Shown piece by piece: positions 1-16,447 of a stretch of 64,000 nucleotides of DNA; the stretch's first letter is position 1; the number at the start of each line of letters is the position of its first letter. The notes beneath the pieces were generated by a model, which saw only the letters and a program-made list of their open reading frames with translations, did not search any database and was not told the DNA's origin. The stretch is from an uncultured Staphylococcaceae bacterium. Lineage in GTDB: Bacteria > Bacillota_I > Bacilli_A > RFN20 > CAG-826. Position numbers and translations under genes: made by a program. The stretch is from NCBI GenBank assembly GCA_964639215.1, contig CAZXCV010000002.1, forward strand, positions 7,715 through 71,714, in the 5' to 3' direction.

Positions 1-1
1 T

Positions 2-3012
<3,011 letters not shown>

Positions 3013-3055
3013 TCATAATGATATGATTATGTATTGAGAAAAAGAGGTTTTTTTC

Positions 3056-3352
3056 ATGAAAGAAATCGATAAAAACATTTTAAAAAAAGCGGCTCGAAAT
3101 CTCCTCTTTGAGATGACTGAAGCCCAATATGACTTACTGGAAATTGAATTTTCAACCCTGTTGAGTCAAATGGATTTAATCGGACAAATCGCGAATATCG
3201 ATCTAGCTGAACCAATGACATTTCCATTTGATATTACGCGGACATCGCTACGCGAAGATGAGCCGAGGCAACCACTAGAGCCTTCCGATATTCTCAAAAA
3301 CGCTGGTAACGTGCTCGATAATCAAATTAAGGTGCCGAAGGTGGTGGGATGA
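3056..3352 (+). CDS. gatC: Asp/Glu-tRNA amidotransferase subunit C
   Basis: 98 aa, directly precedes gatA with an overlapping stop/start. AAGAGG RBS upstream. Confidence 0.8.
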   Translation: MKEIDKNILKKAARNLLFEMTEAQYDLLEIEFSTLLSQMDLIGQIANIDLAEPMTFPFDITRTSLREDEPRQPLEPSDILKNAGNVLDNQIKVPKVVG

Positions 3353-4815
3353 TGTCATATCTCGATCTAACAATTCGCGAAATTCACGATGCGCTTATTA
3401 GTAAAAAAGTGACACCACTCACTTTAGTTAAAGAAGCCATTAGTCGCGCCAAATCAAATAATGATAATGCCTTTGAATATATCTGCGAAGATGAAGCAAT
3501 CACATTTGCATCAACGCTTGGCGAACCAGAAACCACAAACTTACTCTGGGGAATCCCATATGTAGCAAAGGATAATTTCTCAACCAAAGATATTCTCACA
3601 ACTGCGAGTAGCAATAGCTTAAATGGGTATGTTCCTCTTTATGATGCAACCGTTATTGATATTCTAAAACAAAAAAATGCTATTTTAATTGGCAAAACAA
3701 CGCTTGATGAATTGGCAATGGGTGGCACTGGGACAACTGGTCATAAGGGACGAACCTATAATCCCCATGATCCCTCCCACGATCGCATGATTGGAGGCTC
3801 TAGTTGCGGTAGTGCCGCCGCTGTAAGTGCTGGTATTGTTCCATTTGCACTAGGTTCTGACACTGGCGATTCAATTCGAAAACCCGCAAATTATGCGGGT
3901 CTCGTTGGTATGAAACCAACTTGGGGACGAATAAGTCGTCACGGTCTTTTCCCATTTGCCCCATCATTAGACCATGTTGGATTTTTTACACGTTGTGTAA
4001 CTGACGCAACAATTCTTACTGAAGCACTGAGTGTTCCTGATGCAATGGATGCCACTTGTAGTGAACGACTTTTTGTTGATGTTTTACCGAGACTAGATAC
4101 TTCAATTAACGGTAAACGCATCGCCGTTATTCACGAAATTATTTCATCAAAACACGAGGCGTACATTAAAGAACAATTCGAAAAAACCTTGCAAAAACTA
4201 CGTGATTTAGGTGCAATTGTTGATGTTGTTCATATTCGTAAAGATTTGCTAGGTGCCGCATACCCCATTTATTTGACGATTTCTTGTGCCGAGGCAACGA
4301 GCAATAACGCAGCACTTGATGGCATTAAATACGGCCCAACTTTTTGGGGTGACACTTATGAAGATGTGATGGTCAAAGCTCGAACAGCCGGTTTCTCAGA
4401 ACTGATCAAACGGCGCTTCATAATTGGTAGTTTTGCCCTATTACGGGAAAATCAAGATGTGCTTTTTCTTCGAGCGCAAAAAGGACGCCGACTTATCGTC
4501 GACGCGTTTAACGAAGTATTCAAACAATATGATGTCATTATCGTCCCTGCGGCACCAACGGTAGCTCCCCGTTTTGGTGAAAAGACCAATAAATTGTCAG
4601 ACGAATATTTGATTGCCGATAATCACATGGTGATTGGAAATTTTGGGGGCTTTCCGAGTTTGACACTTCCAATTGGGTTACACGAAAAACTTCCATTTGG
4701 GTTGCATATAATGGGGCGTCATTATGAAGAAGATGTCGTTTTGCAAGTCGCCACTCACATTGAAAAAACAACTGAATTAAAAAATCTTTTAGCACGGACG
4801 GAGGGCAATCTATGA
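3349..4815 (+). CDS. gatA: Asp/Glu-tRNA amidotransferase subunit A (amidase)
   Basis: 488 aa with the amidase signature GGSSCGSAAAVSAG. Confidence 0.95.
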   Translation: MMSYLDLTIREIHDALISKKVTPLTLVKEAISRAKSNNDNAFEYICEDEAITFASTLGEPETTNLLWGIPYVAKDNFSTKDILTTASSNSLNGYVPLYDATVIDILKQKNAILIGKTTLDELAMGGTGTTGHKGRTYNPHDPSHDRMIGGSSCGSAAAVSAGIVPFALGSDTGDSIRKPANYAGLVGMKPTWGRISRHGLFPFAPSLDHVGFFTRCVTDATILTEALSVPDAMDATCSERLFVDVLPRLDTSINGKRIAVIHEIISSKHEAYIKEQFEKTLQKLRDLGAIVDVVHIRKDLLGAAYPIYLTISCAEATSNNAALDGIKYGPTFWGDTYEDVMVKARTAGFSELIKRRFIIGSFALLRENQDVLFLRAQKGRRLIVDAFNEVFKQYDVIIVPAAPTVAPRFGEKTNKLSDEYLIADNHMVIGNFGGFPSLTLPIGLHEKLPFGLHIMGRHYEEDVVLQVATHIEKTTELKNLLARTEGNL

Positions 4816-6239
4816 ATTTTGAAGCTGTCATCGGATTAGAAATCCATGTCGAGATGAGCACAAAAAGCAAAATGTTCTCACCAGCTCCGGTTACTTACGG
4901 TGCACAACCGAATAGCGCCACTTTGCCCATTGATCTCGCACATCCGGGCACAATGCCAACAGTCAATCGGCAAGCAGTCATAAACGCGATTCGTGTTTGT
5001 CATGCCCTCCATATGGAAATCGACCATGAATTATGGTTTGATCGAAAAAACTATTTTTACTCCGATTTGCCTAAGGGTTATCAAATTACCCAAAATGCTC
5101 GTCCAATCGGAAAAAACGGACATCTCAATGTTGTGGGAGAATTTGGCATCCGTCGCATTAATATCACACGGTTACATCTTGAAGAAGATACTGCGATGCA
5201 ACATCATTACGACGACTTCACCTTACTCGACTACAATCGTGCTGGCATCCCTCTGATTGAAATTGTGTCAGAACCAGAAATTCGCACAGGAATCGAGGCC
5301 GCTAGTTATGTCGAAAAAATTCGTTCAATTGTCACTTTCACTGACATCAGCACGGGAAAAATGGAAGAGGGTTCATTACGGTGTGACGTCAATATTTCCT
5401 TGCGTCCGATTGGCGTGACGAAATTTGGTGTCAAAGTCGAAGTAAAAAATATCAATTCCATTTCCAATGTTGTCAAAGCCGTCGATTACGAAATTAAGCG
5501 GCAAAATGAAATTTTATTGTCCGGGAAACAAGTAATACAAGAAACGCGCCGTTATGATGATGCTTTAAAGGAAACGGTGGCGATGCGGCTAAAAAACGAT
5601 GCGGTTGATTATCGATATTTCACAGAACCCAATATTGCACCAATTCGTCTTCAAGACGAATTTATTCAAGCGGCAATTTCGACGTGCCCCGAATTAGCTG
5701 ATGCAAAATTTGAACGTTATCTGACAAAACTCGGATTGAATGAATATGACGCCAAATTACTGATTGCTTCAAAAGAAACGTGTGTTTATTTTGACGCTTT
5801 GGTAAGCCAAGATGTCTCTGCAAAGTTAGCAGCAAATTGGATGAATGGTGAAGTCAGTGCTTACTTGAATAAAGCGTCGATTTCAATGAACGACTTTCCG
5901 ATTACGGCTTCACGGCTAGGCACATTATTAAAAATGATTGAAGATGACCGCATCAGCAACAAACAAGCCCGCGAATTATTTGCGGTAATGTTTGAAACCG
6001 CTGATGATCCCGTGACACTCGCATCAAAATTCGGAATGTCACAAATATCAGATAGCGACACGCTTTTAAAAACGGTTATCGCCGTGCTTGATGAAAATCC
6101 TCAATCGATCAGCGATTATCAACAAGGCAAAGATCGTGCCCTTGGCTATTTAGTCGGGCAAGTTATGAAAAAAACCCAGGGAAAAGCAAATCCTGGGTTA
6201 GCATCTCAACTAGTTAAAGAACAATTAAGCAAGCGTTAA
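4812..6239 (+). CDS. gatB: Asp/Glu-tRNA amidotransferase subunit B
   Basis: 475 aa, conserved GatB N-terminus (EAVIGLEIHVE) and C-terminal YqeY-like tail. Overlaps the gatA stop. Confidence 0.95.
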   Translation: MNFEAVIGLEIHVEMSTKSKMFSPAPVTYGAQPNSATLPIDLAHPGTMPTVNRQAVINAIRVCHALHMEIDHELWFDRKNYFYSDLPKGYQITQNARPIGKNGHLNVVGEFGIRRINITRLHLEEDTAMQHHYDDFTLLDYNRAGIPLIEIVSEPEIRTGIEAASYVEKIRSIVTFTDISTGKMEEGSLRCDVNISLRPIGVTKFGVKVEVKNINSISNVVKAVDYEIKRQNEILLSGKQVIQETRRYDDALKETVAMRLKNDAVDYRYFTEPNIAPIRLQDEFIQAAISTCPELADAKFERYLTKLGLNEYDAKLLIASKETCVYFDALVSQDVSAKLAANWMNGEVSAYLNKASISMNDFPITASRLGTLLKMIEDDRISNKQARELFAVMFETADDPVTLASKFGMSQISDSDTLLKTVIAVLDENPQSISDYQQGKDRALGYLVGQVMKKTQGKANPGLASQLVKEQLSKR

Positions 6240-7109
6240 TTAACGCGCGGAGCCAACATAGACAAGCGCAATTGTTCCAGGTCCGGCATGAGCCCCAATC
6301 ACCGGTCCAATTTCAGCAACGATAAATTGTTTAATATGGGGATGAGCAATGGAAATTTCATCCTTAACACGAAGCGCTTCTTCTTCACAATCAGCATGCA
6401 CGATGAAGACGATATCTTCATTGACAATGTCGGCGTTAAATTTATTAAGGAGGGCATTGACAGCATTCTTGCGTCCGCGCGCTTTCTCAATCGGGACGAG
6501 TTTACCGTCACGATCAATTTTCAAAATCGGCTTCATATTCAATAAGGTTCCAAGAACGGCTTTGGTCAAAGAAATGCGACCGCCACGCTGTAAAGTTCCT
6601 AACTCTTCAACCGTAAAGATGGCACAAACTTGCTGCTTCATCTGGTCGAGGAAAGCTGCTGTCGCTTCAAGCGATAAGCCTTCTTGTTGCTTTAGGGCTG
6701 CTTGGTAGACAAGAAACCCTTCGCCCAAAGAAGCTGCGAGGGAGTCAATTATCACTATTTTTTGATTTGGAAAGCGTTCAAGTAACGGTGCACTTCCTAA
6801 CACCATGGCATCGTGAGAACCTGATAGTGCACTACTAATTGAAATAACAAGCAAGTCTAACCCTTGTTCTAATAATGGGGTGACGGCTTGAATAAAGTCT
6901 TCAGCATTGATTTGTGATGTTTTAGCAACTTGTTTTTCTCGTAGACGAGCATAGAAATCGTGATTCGTAATTTCCCGTTGATCAGGATAGTTACGATAAG
7001 ATTCATGTTTGAAATGGACGGTCAGTGGTAGCACATGGATTTGATACTTTTGAACGATGTCCAAAGGTAAATCTGATCCGGAGTCGGTGCAAATGACAAA
7101 GCGGTTCAT
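6240..7109 (-). CDS. DegV family fatty-acid-binding protein
   Basis: 289 aa. The N-terminus FVICTDSGSDLP is the DegV signature. Confidence 0.8.
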   Translation of the reverse strand: MNRFVICTDSGSDLPLDIVQKYQIHVLPLTVHFKHESYRNYPDQREITNHDFYARLREKQVAKTSQINAEDFIQAVTPLLEQGLDLLVISISSALSGSHDAMVLGSAPLLERFPNQKIVIIDSLAASLGEGFLVYQAALKQQEGLSLEATAAFLDQMKQQVCAIFTVEELGTLQRGGRISLTKAVLGTLLNMKPILKIDRDGKLVPIEKARGRKNAVNALLNKFNADIVNEDIVFIVHADCEEEALRVKDEISIAHPHIKQFIVAEIGPVIGAHAGPGTIALVYVGSAR

Positions 7110-7299
7110 TGGCGAGTTTCCTTTTTATATTAATTGATTTTTTTAAGTCAACAAATTGCGAGAATTGGGTATCGGAATTTCCGATACTAGCAATTTTAAA
7201 ATAAATTTATTGATTATGCTAGTAATTTAATTACCGAACCAAATAGCTCGATAAGATTAAGCTTTATATTATAGGGGTAAATCAGCTACAATGTTGCCA

Positions 7300-7339
7300 A
7301 GGTGTTAACTCTGGACAACCACCTCGAGAAAACCAGGAG
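7300..7339 (+). promoter_or_regulatory. candidate preQ1 (class I-like) riboswitch with an H-type pseudoknot that sequesters the SD of the QueT-like gene
   Basis: P1 is AGGUG(7300-7304)/CACCU(7320-7324) around a 15-nt loop. An A-rich tail CGAGAAAA follows. CCAGG (7333-7337) can pair with UCUGG in the loop and overlaps the AGGAG SD at 7335-7339. The ATG is at 7344. Confidence 0.3.
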
Positions 7340-7343
7340 TGAT

Positions 7344-10000
<2,657 letters not shown>

Positions 10001-10017
<17 letters not shown>

Positions 10018-10654
10018 TTATCAAAAAGAGGCTTTGAAAATAATTGAAGAAATTAAGGGGCGGCGCCCACGACTTTTGGCGCACGTCTGCTGTGGTCCAT
10101 GCACGACTTTTCCTATAAAATTTCTCCATGAATATTTCGATGTGACCGTGATTTATCATAATTCAAACATTTATCCAGCGCGTGAATATCAACGACGACT
10201 CCAGAGCCTACAACATTTTGTAAAACAATTTAACGAAGAATACCACGCTACGATTGAGGTTATTGAAACACCGTATGACAACGAAAAGTTCACCGAACAT
10301 TTAGCTCCTTATTCGCAGGAACCCGAAGGTGGAACGCGATGCTTGATTTGTTATCGTTTACGGATGGAAGGTTCAATCGAATACGCTGCAAAAAACGGTT
10401 ATGAATTTTTTACCACCGTCATGACAATTTCCCCACATAAAGATTCCCAAATCATCAATAAAATCGGTCAGGGACTTGTACTTAAGTATCCAGCTATTCG
10501 ATATTTTCATTCCGATTTCAAGAAAAGCGACGGCTTTGTTGAAGCTGGAAAAATGTGTCAAAAATATTGCCTATATCGACAAGCATATTGCGGCTGTCGC
10601 TATAGTTATGAAGCGATGATGAAACGACACCCGACCTCACACAAAGCGGGATAA
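10001..10654 (+). CDS. queH: epoxyqueuosine reductase QueH (DUF208)
   Basis: Contains LLAHVCCGPCTTFP and the CLICYRLR cysteine motifs typical of QueH. Overlaps the queA 3' end. Start could be 9980 or 10001. Confidence 0.7.
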
Positions 10655-10697
10655 TCTAAATATTTCAAGGCAATAGTACTCTTTAAACCTAAAATAC

Positions 10698-10727
10698 TTG
10701 ACTTACATACGCGGGTAGGAGTATATT
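10698..10727 (+). promoter_or_regulatory. sigma-A type promoter of the S10 operon
   Basis: TTGACT (10698-10703), 18-nt spacer, TATATT (10722-10727). Followed by a roughly 130-nt structured leader before rpsJ. Confidence 0.45.
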
Positions 10728-10856
10728 TTTAACGTTATCGGCCGCGTTGAAGTGCGAGGTTGCTGACACACCGACAGGCGTTGTCATGAATCGGTTGTCA
10801 GGGAATTCGCATTGAGCCCCGGTAGAGCCTGATATTCACAAGGAGGAACATAATTC

Positions 10857-11168
10857 ATGGCTAAGAAACAGAAGATTCGCGTTCGACTTCAAGCTTATGA
10901 TCACAAAATTCTTGACCGTAGCGTTGAGAAGATCATTGCCGCTGTCTTGCGCACGGGTGCCACCGTCGTTGGCCCCATCCCACTACCGACTGAAAAGCAA
11001 GTCTACACATTCTTGCGCGCAGTCCACAAGTACAAGGATGCTCGGGAACAATTCGAAATCCGGACCCACAAACGTTTGATCGATATAACCGATCACAATA
11101 AACAGACCGTTGATGCCCTGCGCCAATTGGATTTACCAAATGGTGTTGACATTGACATCAAATTATAA
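10857..11168 (+). CDS. rpsJ: 30S ribosomal protein S10
   Basis: 103 aa, conserved S10 sequence. First gene of the S10 operon, with AAGGAGG RBS. Confidence 0.97.
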   Translation: MAKKQKIRVRLQAYDHKILDRSVEKIIAAVLRTGATVVGPIPLPTEKQVYTFLRAVHKYKDAREQFEIRTHKRLIDITDHNKQTVDALRQLDLPNGVDIDIKL

Positions 11169-11181
11169 GGAGGCGTGATTC

Positions 11182-11889
11182 ATGAAAGCGATTGTCGGAC
11201 GTAAAATCGGCATGACCCAGCTGTTCACCAACGATGGCAAATCCCATCCAGTGACAGTCATTGAAGTCGTGCCAAACGTCATCACTCAAATTAAGACAGT
11301 AGCCACGGATGGTTATAACGCTATCCAGATCGGTTACGAAGAACAAAAGGAAAACCGGACGACTAAACCTGAAAAAGGTATTTATGAGAAAGCCGGAATT
11401 ACCCCAAAACAACATTTAGCTGAAATCCAAGTCGAAGATGTTACACAATACAAAGTTGGTGACAAAATCGATGTCAGCATCTTCAAAGCTGGCGACGTCG
11501 TTGACGTCATCGGTGTGAGTAAGGGCAAAGGATTCAGCGGCGCCATTAAACGGTGGCATTATTCAATCGGTGCTAAAGGACATGGTGGTGGTTATCCACA
11601 TCGTACCGCAGGTTCTATGGCCACGGTTGGACGCACGAATAACCGGATTCATCCGGGCAAGAAAATGGCTGGCCATCACGGTAATCAGCAAGCGACGATT
11701 CTCAACCTCGTCGTCATGGGTACTGATGTGTCGAAAAACGCCTTACTCGTTCGCGGTGGATTACCAGGACCGAATAAAAGTCTCTTAACAATTCGTAGCG
11801 CTGTCAAAGTGCAATTGGGACATCCATTCGATGTCAAACCATTACACGCGATTACGAAAGACGCTCCCGTAGCGGAGAAAGCCGAATAG
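11182..11889 (+). CDS. rplC: 50S ribosomal protein L3
   Basis: 235 aa. Conserved order. Confidence 0.95.
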   Translation: MKAIVGRKIGMTQLFTNDGKSHPVTVIEVVPNVITQIKTVATDGYNAIQIGYEEQKENRTTKPEKGIYEKAGITPKQHLAEIQVEDVTQYKVGDKIDVSIFKAGDVVDVIGVSKGKGFSGAIKRWHYSIGAKGHGGGYPHRTAGSMATVGRTNNRIHPGKKMAGHHGNQQATILNLVVMGTDVSKNALLVRGGLPGPNKSLLTIRSAVKVQLGHPFDVKPLHAITKDAPVAEKAE

Positions 11890-11901
11890 GAGGAAACATC
11901 A

Positions 11902-12549
11902 GTGGCTGAAAAGAAAATCAAAGCACCATCCGTTGATGTGCTAAACCTCACGGGCGAAAAAACGGGCACAGTAAAATTAAACGCCGATGTGTTCGCCATC
12001 GAACCGCATCAACAAGCGATGTATGATGCTGTCAAAGTTTATCAAGCAAATTTACGGCAGGCGACTGCAAAAACAAAAAAACGCGACGAAGTGAGCGGCG
12101 GTGGTAAAAAACCATGGCGGCAAAAAGGAACTGGTCGCGCTCGCGCTGGTAGTTCCCGCTCTCCAATTTGGGTTGGCGGTGGCAAAGTCTTCGGTCCAAC
12201 CGGAGAACAAAACTACAAATTGTCGCAAAACAAATCCGAGCATCGGTTGGCGTTAAGATCCGCATTATCAACCAAACTTAGCAATAAACAACTAATCGTC
12301 GTTGACAACTTCACACTCGAAGCGATGAAAACAAAAGATGCAAAGAAAGCATTGACAGCCATTAAGGCTAGTGGGAAAACACTCATCGTTGTGTCCGAAT
12401 TAGAGTTAAATACGTACGCTAGCGTGCGCAACCTCACTAACGTAATCATCGTTGATCAAACAAATGTCAGTGTTTACGATTTACTAAATAGCGACGCGGT
12501 CGTCATTGCTAAACCCGCAATCGCTTATCTTGAGGAGGTGCTCCAATAA
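11902..12549 (+). CDS. rplD: 50S ribosomal protein L4
   Basis: 215 aa. Conserved order. Confidence 0.95.
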   Translation: MAEKKIKAPSVDVLNLTGEKTGTVKLNADVFAIEPHQQAMYDAVKVYQANLRQATAKTKKRDEVSGGGKKPWRQKGTGRARAGSSRSPIWVGGGKVFGPTGEQNYKLSQNKSEHRLALRSALSTKLSNKQLIVVDNFTLEAMKTKDAKKALTAIKASGKTLIVVSELELNTYASVRNLTNVIIVDQTNVSVYDLLNSDAVVIAKPAIAYLEEVLQ

Positions 12550-12902
12550 TGGCTCGCACGAAAAAAGTAGCGACACCCGAAGTTGTGGTGACGCCTGAAA
12601 TCAAAAGCACGGATGTTAAAAAGTTCGACGCCATTCGGGAACCGGTCATTACCGAGAAAACGATGGCGCTCATCCAAAACCATAATAAAGTGACGATTCG
12701 CGTTAATCCAACGAGTAATCGCAGCGAAATTAAATTAGCATTTGAAGCGATTTACAAAGTAAAAGTTGAAGACGTTCACATTCTAAATGTTCGACCCCGG
12801 GCAACCCGTCGTGGCGGACGCTATCCCGGTCAAGTACCTGGATATAAGAAAGCCATCGTAACGCTTAAAGAAGGCGAAGCCTTGGACTTATTCAAAGAGT
12901 AA
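12549..12902 (+). CDS. rplW: 50S ribosomal protein L23 (N-terminally extended)
   Basis: 117 aa. The EPVITEKTMA core is preceded by a roughly 20-aa extension. Confidence 0.9.
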   Translation: MARTKKVATPEVVVTPEIKSTDVKKFDAIREPVITEKTMALIQNHNKVTIRVNPTSNRSEIKLAFEAIYKVKVEDVHILNVRPRATRRGGRYPGQVPGYKKAIVTLKEGEALDLFKE

Positions 12903-12940
12903 GCCTCGGCTAATGGCTCACCATATAGGAGAAAAGCAAC

Positions 12941-13774
12941 ATGTCAATTAGAACATACCGTCCGACGACTCCGAGTCGTCGCGCGATGACAAACTCGACA
13001 TTTGAAGAAATCACCACGGCGACTCCTGAGAAAAGCTTACTAGTCAATCTAGTAAAAACAGGCGGTAGAAACAACCAAGGTGTGATTACCACGCGTCATA
13101 TCGGCGGTGGTCACAAAAACCGCTACCGGATCGTCGACTTCAAACGTAACAAAGATGGTATTCCTGCAAAAGTAGCAACCATCGAATATGATCCTAACCG
13201 CAACGCGAATATTTGTTTACTTAACTATCGCGACGGCGAAAAACGGTACATCATTGCCCCTAAAGATATTAAAGTCGGTGATGAGATCGTCTCGGGAGAA
13301 AGCGTTGATATCAAAACTGGCAACGCCCTTGTCCTAAAGAACATTCCCGAAGGTACCGTCATTCACAATATCGAACTTAAACCCGGTCGCGGTGGCCAAA
13401 TGTGTCGCGCTGCCGGAACGAGCGCCCAAGTGCTTGGTAAGGAAGGCAAATATGTCACCTTACGACTCGCTAGTGGCGAAATGCGCAAAGTCCTCGAGAC
13501 ATGTCGCGCCACGATTGGCACGGTCGGAAACGAGGAGTTCAACCTCATTAATTACGGCAAAGCTGGTAAGAAACGGTGGTTCGGCGTTCGTCCAACCGTC
13601 CGTGGCTCAGTGATGAACCCCGTTGATCACCCACACGGTGGTGGCGAAGGGAAAACACCAGTCGGTCGCGATGCGCCGCGAACCCCATGGGGCAAAAAAG
13701 CGCTCGGCGTCAAAACACGCCACAGTAAAAAAGCTTCGACCAAACTCATCGTTCGTCGTCGAAGTGGTAAATAA
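12941..13774 (+). CDS. rplB: 50S ribosomal protein L2
   Basis: 277 aa with the GGGHKNRYR motif. Confidence 0.97.
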   Translation: MSIRTYRPTTPSRRAMTNSTFEEITTATPEKSLLVNLVKTGGRNNQGVITTRHIGGGHKNRYRIVDFKRNKDGIPAKVATIEYDPNRNANICLLNYRDGEKRYIIAPKDIKVGDEIVSGESVDIKTGNALVLKNIPEGTVIHNIELKPGRGGQMCRAAGTSAQVLGKEGKYVTLRLASGEMRKVLETCRATIGTVGNEEFNLINYGKAGKKRWFGVRPTVRGSVMNPVDHPHGGGEGKTPVGRDAPRTPWGKKALGVKTRHSKKASTKLIVRRRSGK

Positions 13775-13789
13775 GAAGGAGGATAACTT

Positions 13790-14098
13790 ATGGCACGTAG
13801 TCTTAAAAAGGGACCATTCTGCGATGCGTACTTGTTAAAGCGCGTCGAGAAGTTGAATGAAACTCGCAAAAAGGAAATTATCAAAACATGGTCGCGCCGT
13901 TCGACGATCTTCCCACAATTTATCGAACACACATTTGCCGTTTACAATGGTCGCGAACACATCACCGTCTATGTGACGGAAGATATGGTTGGCCACAAAC
14001 TGGGTGAATTTGCACCGACGCGCTCGTACAAAGGGCACACCGGTCACACCGCTGAAGATAAAGCCGCTTCCGCCGCGACACCAGCGAAGAAGAAATAA
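13790..14098 (+). CDS. rpsS: 30S ribosomal protein S19
   Basis: 102 aa. [11 protein letters not shown]-terminus. Confidence 0.95.
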   Translation: MARSLKKGPFCDAYLLKRVEKLNETRKKEIIKTWSRRSTIFPQFIEHTFAVYNGREHITVYVTEDMVGHKLGEFAPTRSYKGHTGHTAEDKAASAATPAKKK

Positions 14099-14109
14099 GG
14101 AGGACAACC

Positions 14110-14451
14110 ATGAAAGCAGTACAAGCACAAGCGATTGCCAAAACGGTTCGCGTCACTCCACGTAAAGTCCGTCTTGTCATTGATCTCGTTCGTGGCAAAA
14201 CAATCAAAGAAGCGCTCGGAATTCTTAATAACGTCAACAAAGCCGCGACTCCCGATGTCATCAAACTCATCAAGAGCGCAGCCGCTAATGCCATCAACAA
14301 CCACGAAATGGCTGAAAGCAAGCTCTATATCGCTGAAATATATGCTAATGATGGTCCCCGTCTTAAACGGTTCTTGCCACGGGCTAAAGGTTCAGCCTCA
14401 TCGATTCTAAAACGTACGTCGCATTTAACCTGCGTCGTTAAAGAGCAATAA
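14110..14451 (+). CDS. rplV: 50S ribosomal protein L22
   Basis: 113 aa. Conserved order. Confidence 0.95.
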   Translation: MKAVQAQAIAKTVRVTPRKVRLVIDLVRGKTIKEALGILNNVNKAATPDVIKLIKSAAANAINNHEMAESKLYIAEIYANDGPRLKRFLPRAKGSASSILKRTSHLTCVVKEQ

Positions 14452-14463
14452 GGAGCATTATCT

Positions 14464-15138
14464 ATGGGACAAAAAGTTAATCCAGTCGGCATGCGCATCG
14501 GAATTTATCGCAATTGGAATTCACGTTGGTTTGCCGAGAAAAAAGATTATGCGACTTTCCTAAATGAAGACTTAAAAATTCGTGGTTATCTTGAAAAAAC
14601 ACTAAAAGACGCCCTCTTATCGCATACGGAAATCGAACGTGTAAAAACTGATAAAGGCACGAATGTCACGGTATTAGTTTTTGTCGCTCGACCCGGTGTC
14701 GTCATCGGTCAAGACGGCGCTCGTATCAATGAAATTAAAAAGCAGTTAGAAAAAATCGTTAACTCAGGCACGCTAAAAATCGACGTGCTTGAAGTGAAAT
14801 ACCCCGATCTCAATGCCAGACTTGTGGCCATGAGCATCGCCAAACAGCTCGAAGAACGTGCCAGCTTCCGAATTGCCCAAAAGAAAGCGATTCAACGAGT
14901 GCGTAAAGCTGGTGCTAAAGGCGTTCGAACGTTAGTGTCCGGTCGTCTTGGCGGCGCCGAAATTGCGCGTGGCGAAGGCTACAAAGAAGGCACAATCCCA
15001 CTCCATACTCTGCGTAGTGACATCGACTATGCCCAAGTAGAAGCCCATACGACTTATGGACGACTTGGTGTCAAAGTGTGGATTTGCCGTGGCGACTATC
15101 GCCCGGAGACGGAAGAGAATCGCGGCAAAGGAGAGTAA
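14464..15138 (+). CDS. rpsC: 30S ribosomal protein S3
   Basis: 224 aa. MGQKVNPVGMRIG N-terminus. Confidence 0.97.
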   Translation: MGQKVNPVGMRIGIYRNWNSRWFAEKKDYATFLNEDLKIRGYLEKTLKDALLSHTEIERVKTDKGTNVTVLVFVARPGVVIGQDGARINEIKKQLEKIVNSGTLKIDVLEVKYPDLNARLVAMSIAKQLEERASFRIAQKKAIQRVRKAGAKGVRTLVSGRLGGAEIARGEGYKEGTIPLHTLRSDIDYAQVEAHTTYGRLGVKVWICRGDYRPETEENRGKGE

Positions 15139-15144
15139 AAGCAC

Positions 15145-15564
15145 ATGTTACAACCAAAACGCGTGAAATACCGCCGTCCTCACGGCATCAAATACGAAGG
15201 TTTATCCAAAGCAGGTAATGAAGTTTCTTTCGGTGAATATGGTCTCCAAGCGACATCAGGCAATTGGATTACCGCCCGTCAGATTGAAGCCGCTCGTATC
15301 GTGCTCGCTAGTTATACCAAGCGTAGCGGTCAAATATGGATTCGGATTTATCCGCATTTAGCCAAGACAAAAAAACCCGCTGAAGTTCGGATGGGTTCTG
15401 GCAAAGGCGCCCCCGAATTATGGGTGGCCGTCGTCCGCAAGAACCGTGTCATGTTTGAAATCGGTGGTGTTCCTGAAGTAACCGCGCGCGAAGCGTTACG
15501 GTTAGCCGCTTATAAATTACCAATCAAAACCAAAGTCATCAGCAAAGAAAGGAGCTCGGAATAA
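15145..15564 (+). CDS. rplP: 50S ribosomal protein L16
   Basis: 139 aa. [12 protein letters not shown]-terminus. Confidence 0.97.
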   Translation: MLQPKRVKYRRPHGIKYEGLSKAGNEVSFGEYGLQATSGNWITARQIEAARIVLASYTKRSGQIWIRIYPHLAKTKKPAEVRMGSGKGAPELWVAVVRKNRVMFEIGGVPEVTAREALRLAAYKLPIKTKVISKERSSE

Positions 15565-15764
15565 TGTTAAAAATCAAAGATATTCGTGAAATGAATGTCA
15601 CTGAATTAAAACAAAAAGTTTATAGCCTTAAAGAAGAGCTCTTCAATCTTCGTCGTAAACAAGCCGTCGGCCAACTTGAAAAAGGGGCGACGATTACCAC
15701 GATTCGCAAAGACATTGCACGCATCTATACCGTCATTCGCGAGCGCGAGCTCGGGATTAAATAA
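15564..15764 (+). CDS. rpmC: 50S ribosomal protein L29
   Basis: 66 aa. Conserved position. Confidence 0.9.
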   Translation: MLKIKDIREMNVTELKQKVYSLKEELFNLRRKQAVGQLEKGATITTIRKDIARIYTVIRERELGIK

Positions 15765-15778
15765 GGAGGAAGACCACG

Positions 15779-16063
15779 ATGGAAACAAGAAAATCTCGTC
15801 GTACTTTCATCGGCACAGTCGTATCTGACAAACCAGATAAGACGATTATCGTGCGCGTCGAAACGTATCGGAAACATCCTAAGTATTCGAAACGAGTACT
15901 CTATACCAAAAAATTTGTTGCTCATGATGAAACAAATGGCGCCCATGAAGGCGACACCGTCGAAATCATGGAAACGCGACCACTCAGCGCCACGAAGCGT
16001 TATCGCTTAATCAAAATATTGGCGCAAGCGGTTGAAAACGTCGAAGTGAAGGAGGTCGCCTAA
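15779..16063 (+). CDS. rpsQ: 30S ribosomal protein S17
   Basis: 94 aa. Conserved position. Confidence 0.93.
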   Translation: METRKSRRTFIGTVVSDKPDKTIIVRVETYRKHPKYSKRVLYTKKFVAHDETNGAHEGDTVEIMETRPLSATKRYRLIKILAQAVENVEVKEVA

Positions 16064-16064
16064 T

Positions 16065-16439
16065 ATGGTTCAAGTTGAAACGAATCTCGTTGTGGCCGAC
16101 AACTCTGGCGCGCGCAAGGTTCGAATCTTCCGACTTTATGGCGGATCGGTTCGGAAAACCTCAACGATTGGCGATATCGTTTTATGCGCCGTTAAAGACG
16201 CGATCCCTAACGGTAAAATCAAAAAAGGTGAAATCGTCAAAGGGATTATCGTTCGAACAAAAAAGGCGGTTAGTCGCGCTGATGGTAGTACCGTTAGCTT
16301 CGATGATAACGCCATCGTCTTAATTAACGAAGATGGATCACCACGTGGCACACGCGTCTTTGGACCGGTCGCCCGTGAATTACGCGACAAGGGTGAAGGA
16401 GCGATGAAAATCATCTCCCTCGCACCTGAAGTCCTTTAG
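16065..16439 (+). CDS. rplN: 50S ribosomal protein L14
   Basis: 124 aa. Conserved L14 N-terminus (M[15 protein letters not shown]). Confidence 0.97.
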   Translation: MVQVETNLVVADNSGARKVRIFRLYGGSVRKTSTIGDIVLCAVKDAIPNGKIKKGEIVKGIIVRTKKAVSRADGSTVSFDDNAIVLINEDGSPRGTRVFGPVARELRDKGEGAMKIISLAPEVL

Positions 16440-16447
16440 GAGGCGCT

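Noticed and set aside
3013-3055. Imperfect inverted repeat CATAAT...ATTATG between ligA and gatC
   Set aside because: It is short, AT-only and imperfect. It is more likely chance or part of a gatC promoter than a defined element.
6288-6708. Several ORFs (85, 72 and 119 aa) on both strands overlapping degV
   Set aside because: They lie entirely within the well-supported DegV coding region (clear DegV N-terminal motif on the minus strand). They have low-complexity translations and are considered artefacts.
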